A stretch of 64,000 nucleotides of DNA from NCBI RefSeq assembly GCF_964355755.1, contig NC_092674.1, positions 8,804,001-8,868,000 of the forward strand. Direction: 5' to 3'. Both the position numbers and the translations under genes were made by a program. The notes below the pieces were generated by a model. The model did not search any database, was not told the DNA's origin, and saw only the letters and a program-made list of their open reading frames with translations. This document shows, one piece after another, positions 24,090-37,900 of the stretch (within the stretch, counting starts at the first letter, position 1; every line of letters begins with the position of its first letter). This DNA comes from Antedon mediterranea. Its lineage: Eukaryota > Animalia > Echinodermata.

Positions 24090-25866
24090 GTATTCATAAA
24101 ATGTAATTGATTGTTAATATATAGGAATAATTAATTATCGTAGTTAACTGCGTCAGCAAATGAAATAGGAAATATTTACCCGACTGACGACTTGTACACA
24201 CTTGTATATACATTGACCAGTATAGCCCTAATTAAGAATAGAAAACTGTATTTGAACTGTATTTGATTTGATGTTATTGATTTCGTGCATTGGGGGAATA
24301 TTGTACAGTCTTTTTTAGGGTGGACATATTTCCATACACTTGCTGGGGATTAACTCTAGACTATAACTTATCATTGGGATGAAGCAGTGCTTCCTTTACA
24401 CTCGAATCTAACCTATCGACACAAGCATTGTATTATAAAATTTACCGAGTAAAATATGGAAATATTTGTATTATCTTACCTTTTTTTCTTAAGGATGTCA
24501 ATCAATTATTCTCAATTACGTTTTATCTGAAAGAAAATTGAACACTACTGCCAAATGGTATTACACCTCAAATATTTTTCTTAACAGAGTCCAGTCTGTC
24601 GGTTTGTACAATGTCACAGGAGTCTTGTTGTACACCAGACATGGAAGAACGATTCCACGTGGAAGCTTCACAAGATTTGCACGATCAGCTGCAGGAATCT
24701 ACTTCGCTTCTTAGTTACTCATTTTATGTTAATGACGTCCAGTTTAAAAGTAAGTAAAAGAATATTGTTAGTGCAGTAACAGCGGGTTGTTCGGAGGTTT
24801 TTTTTAAATATAAATATTCCTCCAAATTGAGGACTTTCTTTTGCCTTTACGAATCCTTTAATTGGGTAATAGTGAAAAAAAGGACCACTACCGTATCAAA
24901 CATGATCGGAGTCAAGGGGCGCAGTCTACTCTCCTCAACCCACAAATACATTTCGAAAATTATAATGAAAAAGATACGACATTGGAGAAGTTCAGCACAC
25001 TTAATTCCATTAGGCCTTGGAACCCTCCTATTTCGAAACTCTGGACTCAACCCGCCCTGATTTAATCTCGAATTCTAATAAACTCTTTGAGAAGTGGTTT
25101 CTTGTTAATTATATAATTCTTTATTTCTAAATTTGTGGATTTTTCAGTAGACCTAACTGTATTTAAACAAGGCCAACAGCCATTAAGTCGCGTGCTACAA
25201 TGCATAGTGATACCGGACCGACAGACAGACCGACAGACCGACAGACAGACCGACCGACCGACATAGTGAACTATACTGACCGAAATTACTGAACATGTTT
25301 AAAAATGTTGAAATGTTTAAAAACATTTATATTTTTTCAATTTACACGTGCGTAGCCTGTCACTTTTGACGTGCTCGTATAACGTAATTTCGAGTTGAAA
25401 AGTAAGTCAAGAAGAAAACAGAAATCGGGCAAAAAGAGTTCGCAATAACATTTAACGCGCAGTGCGCACGCAAAAATATGGGCACTCATGGCAATTTTGT
25501 AAACGCTTAAAATTGCCTGAAACGTACTCTTATTTCATCGAAAATAAATTTTGAAAATTTTAAGCGCGCGTACGCATGCGTTACATGCACTACGCACGTA
25601 ATTGTATTGCCATATGATGATTTATGCCCTGAAATTTATGAGTACCAAATTTTATTTAATTGTGATTCATGGTTGTGAAGATATGATTACAAACGTGATT
25701 TCGTTAAATCGTGCGTAGACCGCGTAATGTTTTATTGCGCACCGTGAAAACATAACCACATCGATTCCTGGCCATAAGGAATATTCTGTGAAAAATTGAC
25801 TTAGCTAGATTAAACTGATATCAAGATAAGGTCAGAAAGCGATAAAACGCATAGTGATACCGGACC

Positions 25867-25909
<43 letters not shown>

Positions 25910-28900
25910 CGACAGACAGACAGACCGACCAACCGACCGACATAGTGAACTATAGAGTCGCTTCCACGCGACTAAAAATCCTGGAACTATATAAACATTC
26001 TTGGTGTAAATAAAACAATTTCAGCTCGTATCTACTTTCAGGCGCATTTGGGGGCCCATTTCCCAAAGTTATTTTTTTTATAGAAATCTTATGCTCTATC
26101 TTAATTACGATACACTAATGTATTAAGAAACACATCTATTATAGACCTACACTTGAAATGGCAGAACATTTTACTGTACTGAAAACAGAAATGCTCGGTC
26201 GCAATATTTGTAGTTATTTCTAGAATTAACCCTTTTAGCTCTAAGGCTTAACATACCAATTCTTTTTTTTGTATGAACATAGTAGTTCTAGTATTTCTCT
26301 TCTTATTATCTAATTTTTAACTTGGTGATATTTATTATTCTTGGTGAATGCAAATTCCTATGCTAAAAGCTATTAAATTTAAAAATTCATTAAGATTGGA
26401 GAGATATAATTCATAAATGCACGTGTAATAAATTGATTTTAACAAAAGCGAATAAAAACGGTGTTTAAGTGAAGAATAATGGAAAAAAGAAAATAATTGA
26501 TAGTGTATAATTAAGATCTTATCAATCTATTTGCCAAAAGTGTTATCATAAAAGTATTTATTTTATTAGTTTAAGAATGATTATTATGCATACCTTAGTT
26601 GTAGTCAAATATAATTCTTTATGTAAAGTTTATATATACGACAAAGGATTTTTGTCGTTTGTGGGTTCCACATATACAATAAACATGGTATTGTTGCATT
26701 GTAAGGTTCCGCCTAGGTTTACTTTATTTACACGTGTAAGTTGGTTCTTACCCACCAAAATTAGCGATAACTGTACCCCTGAAATTAAGCCTCAACGGGC
26801 CCATAGACTAAAAATGTTGTTACACTGTATTTATAAAGTCAACAATCATGACAATAACTACAAAACAAATGTAATATCTAGATTTATAATGAATGGATTG
26901 AAAGCCTTCCTTTGTCTCAAATCGTTCACTACAGTATATTCACCTCAAAATCTTTTCAGCAGTCAAATGTAAAATAACGTAGATTTTTGTTTTAAAAAAG
27001 GTAATAATTAATAATGATATTGCAATAGTGCAATTAAACTAGGTCACATGGTTTCGTTTATGGTCGGTTCATGCTATAAGCTTGTTGAAACCAATACAAT
27101 ATTACCACAGTAATTAAATTGGGATATTGAAACTTATGGATTGCTTGGCAACTAAAAGCATTTCAGGTTCACTAAAGATTATTTTTGCGATAGTAGAATT
27201 TCTTAATTAACCTATGAGGTTAGCAATTCGCCGATATATATAATTACGCATTAGAGATCATCTTCAACAATTAAGAAAATATTTGCGTATGTGCCGTATT
27301 TTTTATTCTTTAAATTCTTTACGAGTATTCTGAGTATACACTGAGAGGCCTTAGAAATTAATTATTTAAATAGTATATGCCTATGCCTGATTAACCGTAA
27401 TTTATTACAATTAATGTTCATCACTTTCCGAGGAATTTCATACAAATAAATTAGGCGGTATATGTTGTACCTCCGTTTGGTAAATTTGAATCAACATTAT
27501 TTTTTCTTACAATTGCAATACATACTCGGTCAAAACATATATACAGCATGTTTGATCACTTAGATATTTTTTTTTGTTTGGTAATTATTGTTTAAACTCT
27601 CATCGTCATGTTTTAGGCCTACATCAAAAAGAGAATGTACAAAATATTGAACATACCAAAAACAAAAAAAATCCAAATCATAAATCAAAACAACGAAAAA
27701 CCCACCTTAATTAGGAATACATTTTTTTCTAGAATAGTTTAATTTGTGAAAGAACAAGGCCATATACATGGCTGCAGTCGCGTGCTCAAATTTAAGTTCG
27801 TGTTTACTGACCGACCAACCGACCGACCATCCGACCGACATAGTGTGGTGTAGAGTCGCGTTGCACGTGACTAAAAAGAAATTACACTTATGATAGCGTC
27901 TAGGTCTTAGTTTTTTAGATACCACTTACATACGATAGGGAATGTAGGTCTACATTGGCCAATGTGAGCCCTAGTCTTAGCCTAACGCTCTTCAGGTGGA
28001 TGTACATTTGATATTGTATGATTTATAATCTCTAACCAAACTAAATTAACTTGTATTACGATTTCCCTTAAATGCCTCAGGTTATATCACCTGCCTAGAT
28101 TAAATCTACTTTACATCGATTGATACATCCCGAAAAGTTATCTCAAAGGAGTACAAAATCCGCACTCGAATTTATTAATTTCAAAACTGCCATAAATTAC
28201 CTTACACGAAAGATGATTCTGTCACTTTGATGCAACATCAACATTAATTCTTCTGATCCAAAAAGTGTGTTTGCCTTCCAAATCAACGGTGAACACTCGA
28301 TTCTCATTCTTAACCAGTCAGTATCTAAGTAAGGTTTCAAGGAGTTCATCAATTCTTTTCATGACTTGTTTTGCCTCCCAAATCACTCGTTTTAACTAGT
28401 CAGTATCTAAGTAAAGTCTCGAGAAGTTCACCAATTCTGTTCATAACTTGTTTTTCCTCCCATATCACCTGTCTTATATAGTCAGTATCTAAGTAAAGTC
28501 TCGAGGAGTTCATCAATTCTTTTCATGACTTGTTTTGCCTCCCAGATCACTCGTTTTAACTAGTCAGTATCTAAGTAAGGTTTCGAGGAGTTCATCAATT
28601 TTTTTCATGACTTGTTTTTCCTCCCAGATCACCAGTCTTAATTAGTCAGTATCTAAGTAAAGTCTCGAGGAGTTCATCAATTCTGTTCATGACTTGTTTT
28701 GCCTCGCAGATCACCAGTCTTAACTAGTCAGTATCTAAGTAAAGTTTCGAGGAGGAGTTAATCAATTTTTTCATGACTTGTTTTGCATCCCAGATCACTC
28801 GTCTTAAGTAGTCAGTATCTAAGTAAAGTCTGGAGGAGTTCATCAATTTTTTTCATAACTTGTTTTTCCTCCCATATCACCCGTCTTAAGTAGTCAGTAT

Positions 28901-31900
28901 CTAAAGTCTCGAGAATTTCATCAATTCTGTTCATGACTTGTTTTGCCCAGGGAGTTGTAAAATAAATATTTTACAACTCCCTGTTTTGCCTCCCAGATCA
29001 CTCGTCTTAAGTAGTGAGTATATAAGTAAAGTCTCGAGGAGTTCATCAATTCTTTTCATGACTTGTTTTGCATCCCAGATCACCCGCAACTAGTCAGTAT
29101 CTAAGTGAAGTTTCGAGGAGTTCATCAATTCTTTTCATGACTTGTTTTGCCTTCCAGATCATCACCCATCTTAAGTAGTCTGTATAAGTAAAGTTTCGAG
29201 TAATTCACCAATTCTTTCCATAACGTGTTCTGCGATATCCAGCTCTTTATGTTAATGTACGCCTTAATAATTACAAGAACTTACAGAAGTTTCGTGGTAC
29301 AGGTCACATATTCGTCACATGTTTCCAAAATGTTCCCATTTCTCCGAACGTTCGGTGGATACATTTTTAAAGAAAAATTATTGATAGAATATTTTTCCAA
29401 CGTAGAAATAATTTGTTAACGAGTAGTTTCTTACTGGCGGTTTTACTTCATTGTTTGATTATGATTTTGATTATTTTACAACATTGCTATTATTTAGGCT
29501 AACATTGCCTTTGGATTTACTGTATACCATTGGTTGTGCGATATATAATTGAACCATTGCAATATATTAAATCATTTATATCTGTTAGATTCTGTAATTT
29601 TGTATTGTTAGATATAGGGTTGTGGTTATGATTAATGTTTTACTGAGCAAGAAATTCATATTACGATATAAGTCTGTACAATAAGCCTTCATAAATCGTA
29701 GATGCCCATCAATATTTATGATTAAGTGTTATGTATTGATTCGTTAGCCAACCCAGCGTTAATTGCATAGGATTTACCGATCTCTATATTAATTATGATA
29801 TTTATATTGACCTTTGAACTAATCTTGTACTTTGTTTTCCACAGAGTCCTACAATCAATGTGAATTATACATTGGTGCAATAATATATTACTGTAGCAAT
29901 CAAAATATAAGTTATGTTCTTAGTGGTAAGCAGATATAGCATAGATAGGCATAATGGAAAAGGTCGTCTAGACAAAAATGATTTAGACCTTAAGAGTACA
30001 TCTAGAGATTTATAATGTATATTTATACAGGTCTTAGTCTAATATTATTAAATTATGTTCCTGTATAATGTTGCATCTTCACCTAGCCCTAACTCTAACA
30101 TCTGTATTTAATGTCTTATTTTCTACTCTAACTCTATTTCCAACATTTGTATACAATTTCTTGTTTTTACCATTTCCACCTAATCCTACTGTAATCCAAA
30201 CTGTATATGAAATTTCTTATTTTTACCATCTTAATCTAACCCTAACTCCAGCATCTGTGTAGGCCTATACAATTTCTTATTACCAACTGCATAGAAACAT
30301 ATTAGTTAGGGCTTTTTCATTTGAACACATTTCGTGTCTTTATCATCTTCCTCTAACTCTCAACATCTTTCTTTTTTATATACAATGTAGTTACTTTCAA
30401 ATAATCAATTCTAACGCAAACTACATAAACATCACAATTCATGACCAAACAAGCAAAGAAGGCTTGGAAGAACTCTCTCATCAATCAATCATAATAACAG
30501 TACACCCACTGATTATTTGCATGGCTAAAGTTAAAGATAATTACCAGAAAGTCGTGCAGCATTCACAAATTTGAATGCCTAATCGGTTAGAAAAGGGGAA
30601 ATAATTAACAAGCTTCTAATGAGGTTTCACGGTTCAATCATTAATAAAATCCAGATTAAATCATAATATATAAATCTATCTTGAGGCATTTAAAGTAGCA
30701 ATTTATAATTTGTCAAAAATTACATCAACAATTTCTTTTTTTATTTCATACAGTGTCACAAGTCACCATATATAAAACTATAATATGTTTAACTTGCTCC
30801 CGGACCGATTAACAGTGGTATTTTGTTTCAAAGTTGATTGATTGATTTATTATGTAAGAGCAGTAGCCTACAATCATTTTGATACCCAGTTACACCTTTT
30901 CTCCCCCATACTGGGGTTGGTTTTCAGATGTAGATTAAAACCTTCCTTCAGGTCATTTTGATACCCCAAGTCTAGAAATGCATGAAATAGCAAAAGGCTT
31001 GAGATGGAACTAAAAGCTTCATGTAGAGGAATATGTACATCACTGTTTGTCAGGGGTGGCTAATTATGAATTCAGATAGTAGATAATTTATCTATCAACA
31101 GCATACAATTGTATACATTTAAGTACATTTAAATAAGGTTGTTTTACTTTATAAGCCCAAATAAAGGAAATATATAATGTAATTGTGTTAATAGGATATT
31201 TTTTTTAAAGAAATAAAGCTAGTTTGAAGTAGTTTTGCTCTTACTGTATAAAATAAAAATTCAATAAAACATATTTTATGACTTGTTTTTATAATGAGAA
31301 ATATGATCTTCGGCACTTTTTGATATTGGAAAAAGTATACAGGATAAAAAACTATTATTAGTAATGCAATACAACTAGTTAAAGTCAAGTATTTTTGTTT
31401 CTACAAATCAACCATAATCAATATAAATAAATTACTGAACCGCACTTTAATTTAATAGGGAGATTGTAGCGTAAAGTTATCCCGCAAAACCGTGCAAATT
31501 CTCCACCCCAAACAATGCTTTTCACACAGTTTGATGTAAAGAAACCTTGTTTAGGTCTTCCGTCATAACCGGAGGATTTGGCTAGAGGTTTGTTGACATT
31601 ACCCATTGTAGCATGGTTCACAAGTAATAAATAGGATTTAACTATACAACTACACCTTGTTAAAATGTATATTTTTCTTTGGTTGAGTACAATTTCAAAA
31701 ACACTTCATTGGTTTGTGCATTGAAGATGAAACTGTTCTGTCTCGGTATTAAAACTACCTGTTGGATTTGAGGGCCTTTTAAGGTCTTTTACAGAGGTAA
31801 AAAATAAAAATTATATTATACAATTATTCAATACACTGTTTCATAAAAACATTATGTACCACTATTTCCGATAATTCTGTTCTGTTAGAACAAAAGTAAT

Positions 31901-34900
31901 GACCAACTTTACATGTCGTGGTTAAATTGCATGTCAAAAAAAAATAAATAAATAAATATCGCATAAAAATGTATAAGAATCAAGACAACATTAAAAATGT
32001 AAAAATCTTTTTCTTAAAAGTTAAAAAAACAAAAGAAGCAGGCATAAAAAATATTAAAAGTCAAAAAAGGAAAGGCCAGTCGCAAGTCAGCAGGGAAGGT
32101 AAAATTGAATAGTTTTGTTATGAACTGCAAACTTATAACCTTTTAACAATTCTGCAAAGACATCAGCCTAGGTATAGTCAAGTGGACGTGTGAAAAAAAG
32201 GCCCATTTCCATATGGTTGCATTAACAGCCGAGATGACTCAAAAAGAGACCATTCTTATACTTACGGTATGAACAAAAATGCCTTACCATTGTATCAGTG
32301 CATTACCTTTTTGATACCTCGACTTTACACAAGATCTTGAGTCTTGAATAGGGTTTATACAAATATAAAGAAAGACAGTATTACAAATTAAATCAAGGTT
32401 ATTCTATAAGCTGATCTAATAATCAAGGTTAATTGTATTTGAATATGTGAATCAATCAATTAATCCCTTAAGCTATAATTGAGAGCCATTAAATTAATGT
32501 TTTCTTCTAAAAACTCAACTTTTTCTTAATGTTCACCGAATGATCAATCCTAAAATCACTTTGATATTAGTCAAATATGAAGTACTGTAATGTGATTTTG
32601 CAGTATACTACAATCCAGAAATAAAGTTTTTTACTGTGTGCCTGTCAGACCTATCATCATCTTTTTTTTAGAATTAAGGGGGGTGGTGATATTCAACCCA
32701 TAGATCCACCACTGTGGAGTGCAATCATTGCTTTAATTTGTTCGTTTAACAGGATTATGTTAAAAGTAATGCTGTTAATTATTTTTCAACATAATGAAAC
32801 CAATTTACTAACCTAATTACATAATAACATAATATCAACAGGTTATTTTCTGTAGTTTTTTTAAATTTAACTTTTTTTTTGTCTTGTGTGAGTTCTTCTC
32901 ACGTTTATTTAAATTCTCATTGATGAATATATTATATACATATAAGTACATTTTTGACAATTAAAAGTAATTGTTTAAAGTAGTTAAAATACAGGTATAT
33001 TTACATAGTAAGATGCCAGAATTCAGTATTAACCATATATTTTCTCATTTAAAATTTTAGCTACGATATTAATTAAACTGTAGAAATGAAAAATGGCGGT
33101 AAAATACATGATTAAAATTTTCTTGTTAAACTATCTTATTTGTGTTCTTATTTGTGTTCGAGTAGAGAGGCTATAAACTCAGGGGAGGAAAATGTAGTAT
33201 CCTCCCTTTTCACCAAGATAAGATTTTTTACATTTAACAATAAAATATGTAATGAACATATCACAAATAACCATCTTGTTTTGCAGAATACATATATTGA
33301 GTCCTATTTTGATTCACTTAAACCCAGACATTTCAAGTGCCTAAATCTACGTTGCTTTCACAAAATCAAACACTACCCTTTCGTTTCAACAGCATTGACA
33401 AAAGCAAGCATTACTTAGATGAATAATTGATAGGTTTAAACACTAGGAGTGGAATGTCACGGTAAGAATTCCTTACACCACAATCGTGAACCCTTTTGTT
33501 GCCAAACAAACGCTATTCGTTGAACTTTTGCTGTACGTAACAATGGCGGATTTAGAGCCTACAGATTGTTGAGTGTTGAAGCATGGACTTTTTATATACA
33601 CTCTATAGTTTATGTACCATTACCAGAATGGGTTGTAAGGGCTTAGGTGGCAATGATTTTATAAAGGTGTAATTTGAATTTAATCTGGTATTGAAATGGT
33701 GTTTCTTATGTCAAAGTCTGTCCCAAGATCAGTAAAGCATTGTATTCTCATATGGCTCTTTTATATAATTAGATTTTATGAGACAAATATTGTTAGAAGG
33801 TCTGTATGATATGGTTTTAGGACCACCCTACTCTCTATTATAAGAAATGATAGCATTTGTGTACAGTACAAAAATATAGTATATTTACATGGTACAAGCA
33901 CCATTTCTGCTTCCAAAAATATACCATGTATATAGTATTTATCTTCCAGCAGAAACAAATGTTACTTGTTTATCCTCCATAAGGGTGACATTACTATGTC
34001 TAGTAAATAGGACAGCCAGGGTTCAAATGAATAAAAATATTCCATACGAAACATTTGTTTTATAATCAAGATTTTGGCTGCAGGAGCACTAATAGATGGC
34101 CCGATCAGAAGGTGGTTTTTCATGTTTCAAAAATTGCTTTCAAAAAAATTAATCAAACAATGACATAGCAATAACATAACACATGATGTATTATGTTATT
34201 GCTATGTCATTGTTTGATTAATTTTTAATGATGTCATCATTATTTTTATGGTCAAGCATACATTTTTTGAAATTCTCATACTAAATCCTACCACAAGTTT
34301 CTATTTATAAGCGTACACCTGGATACCGCACGTGCGATGATATTGATATAGCCGCTATTACGAGAGACTAAAGGAAATTTAATAGAATTGATTGATTTCC
34401 TACCGACAATACAAAATTACTAATTGTTTTGGTGTTACTAATGTCGCAATTCCTTTTTGTGTTCACCTACAAATCAATTACCACATGTTTTACCACCAGT
34501 TTGGCTACTAATGGTCATTTTCTTGTACGTAAACGCACACCTTTATATAAATATTATTTTTTTAATTCTATAATAGCTTCTGTAATTGTTATACTTATTT
34601 AAAATAATTTTAACATTTTAAAACTGTTTAAAAGTTAAATATTTAAATATAAATTTTCAAATATTTAATTTGGATGTGTTTTCTATATTAAAGCTGAGCT
34701 GACTGGTCCATAGTTACAATGTATTAATATCCATAGACTCTATTTTGCCTTCATATACATTTTATGTGACCCCTCCTGGGATATTCAAGTTAGGACCCTT
34801 TCACCAGAATCTCTTTATACATACATCTTGTCTTGATGTTAATTTTCATCACCTGTTGAGGTCACTGTTAACTATACTTTCTAAATTACATCATTATGTC

Positions 34901-37900
34901 ATCAAAGTGATTTAAACTTTGCTGCATTCACCATTTATGTGACCTCTATATTCATTTTCTGTCTTCTTCCACACAACTGTGATATCTAAATTCCACAAAG
35001 TGATTATTGCACTTCATTGTACTCTTCTTTGAGTAACATGGAGCAGTTTGATTTTCTTTTACAACTGATGCAGAAAAAATAAAATTCTTTCAGATAACAA
35101 ATTCAACAGCAGCATGTCATCAAAGTAAAATTAATGCACTTCACTGCACTCTTTTTTGTCTAATCGCTAGAAGTTATTTTAACATTGATGAAGCCTCTAT
35201 AGAACCTATTCTAGTTAATAGAAAAATTCCACTGTTTCCAAAGTTCACTCATTTTTGTATTTTCTCAATGCAACCCTCCATAAGTTTTCTGACTGTCGGT
35301 GATCACGGTGCTGTCGGTGATGCCTTCATACAGTGGCGTAACACAGGAGGCATAGGCCTCTGGTTTAGCCCTCCTAGGGCCCTCTAATAACGCTGGGTAG
35401 TTGCAGTGGGCTGTTCATGCTCTGGGGCTCCTCAAACTATGAGGCTCCTGTGTTCAGCAAGTGAGCCCCTTCATATATTTCTTTCCTACTTTAGATACTA
35501 CAGGTACTGTATATATACTAGTATGTACACCGTATCATGGTACCATAAGTGGTGCGAGCTTCACTGTAATTCTCTGTTCTCAATCGTGGCTTTTCTTAGG
35601 CCTTCAGTAATATTAGTGTAATAAGCTATATTGTAGTAGGACTATTAGTCTATTTTACTCACCCCTCTCAGGCCCCACACCTTGGCTGGATGTTACAAAT
35701 CATCACTTGTATAAAGGTCACTGGTATCTGTGCTATCTTCATTGTGTCTGTCTTGTGTCAATCTACACTCCATTATGTTTTATGGTTATTATAGTGCCAT
35801 ATGTTTTTGCCACATATTATATAATCTGCCTGTAACAGCATACATAAAATTATGATTTAATAAAGAGTGTAAGGAAAGCTGTGCTGTAGAATACAGTATT
35901 AAGTTATTTATCCCTCTAATATCCTCCATAGTCTCTTAGCATAGAACTAGATTTGTTGGTCTGCTATCGAGCAAAAAATCAGGTCATATCATGTCATTTC
36001 TGATGTAATCTTGGGTCCGCTTGATGGTGAAAATATTGTTTATAGGCTGGTTCCAAATTGTATGGAAAATAGTGTTTAAATTATTTTTTTAATTTGTTTT
36101 AATTTTGCTGCCTCTGATAATCTGTAAGTATTACAATTCAGATATTATAATTACTAGCATTGCATTTCATCATGCAGGTACACTGAATGTAATAATATGT
36201 GCAAAGATAACAAGAAGATAACATAAGCCTTATAATTGGAATGTTTTACCAAGTTGCTATTGATAGACAAAATCAATGCAATGTCTTTCTTAAGTCTAGA
36301 CACTAATTAACTTGATATAGCAAAGAACATCCTACATTTGAGTTTAATTGATTTAATTATTCTAATGATAAAGTGGGAACATACCACCATCTTTTCATAT
36401 ATCCATATAAGCCTATACTATAATGCAAATAACATACATTTTAATACAAATTCGAGAACAGAATTAGCAAAAAATATTATTTATTAGTAACATGATTACA
36501 TTCATCATCTGTAAAATTGTTCCAGAATTTGTAAAATCAAGGTACAGTAAGGACCTAACAGATAATAGGGTTGGTCGTAATGTTAAAACATATATCATCC
36601 TTCCTTTATAAAGGCGACGTCTTAATAGGGTTATACCAAAAAGGGGGTCATACTAAAGACTTCAAATAGATAATAAACAGCCAGCCTGATAAACATTTTG
36701 GGCCAGCCCAGGGGTGTCCAGTACTGTGATAATTGTTTCCTACAGTATGTAATTTTTAACCGTAATTTATTTGATTTTTATAGCAATCTGAATTTTATGC
36801 CTTTTGGATGTGTTTTATACTTATTTTAGTGTTTTGTATTTGATAGTTGTCTTGTTTTGTCCTGCGTATACTTGGTCCTCCAAGCTGTGACCTGGGATAT
36901 CTGTTACATTTTTATGTTTTTATTTGAAATAAAGGATGATCTTACTACTGTATTTTTAAATTTTTATTGGAAATAAATTGTTTTCTTCTTATTTTTCAGG
37001 TGATTATAACAACATGCTTGAACAAGCACGATTAAACATGGAAGACATATTTGAGGAGGATTACAATAGGATATCAGGAGAGGTCTCGACACTTTTGTCA
37101 ACATTCTTTGACGATGTCAAAGATTTTATCTCAAGAGAACCAGGTGCATTAGACATACCAACGTTCGTAGACAATTTCTATGATAACCTTTTTCCTTTAA
37201 TATACATAGAGGAATTGAACACAGGGAAAATTAAATCGGGATTGAGTACATCTTATTCAAACTGTTTGGCTAGAAATCGGAAGCTGATACGACCATTTGG
37301 CAATACGCCAAAGTGGACAAGCCTATCATTTGAGGATTCTCTTATACCGGCAAAACTACTTCTACAATCAATGGAACTTGGTATTCATGTGATAAACACA
37401 ACAAATCATTTGAAGTTAACAGAGGCATGTCATTACGCATTGACACGGATGTCTTTCTGTCAGTATTGTAGTGGGTACGTGGATTTAAAACCTTGCAATG
37501 CGTTGTGCCTTAACGTGATGGCTGGCTGCTTTGCTGGACTTTATGACGTTAATTACGATTGGAGTCGTTTTATATCTACTCTTGTCCGACTCACGTCAAG
37601 TATGTCTTTAGATCGTGACTTGGAACGTGTTTTAAGAAACTTACCCAAGAGAACAACCAGTGCGCTGACCTATTTGCGAAGTAATAAAGTAGATATTTTA
37701 GATAAGGTAAGCTTGTCATTCCTCCTATCAATATTATAACTTCATCAACAACTATATACTATTTAATAGAACTATCACTGTGCACTGTAACTCTCCCAAT
37801 ACTGGGCATCCCTATGCTGGCCCAAAATGATAATCATGTAGGCTGGTTTTCCAAATACAAAAAGGTGAAGAAAGCATTTGTGACCTTTTAATAGATCATA

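Noticed and set aside
26577-26972. 131-aa intronic ORF
   Set aside because: It has no recognisable motif, and the glypican CDS is complete without it.
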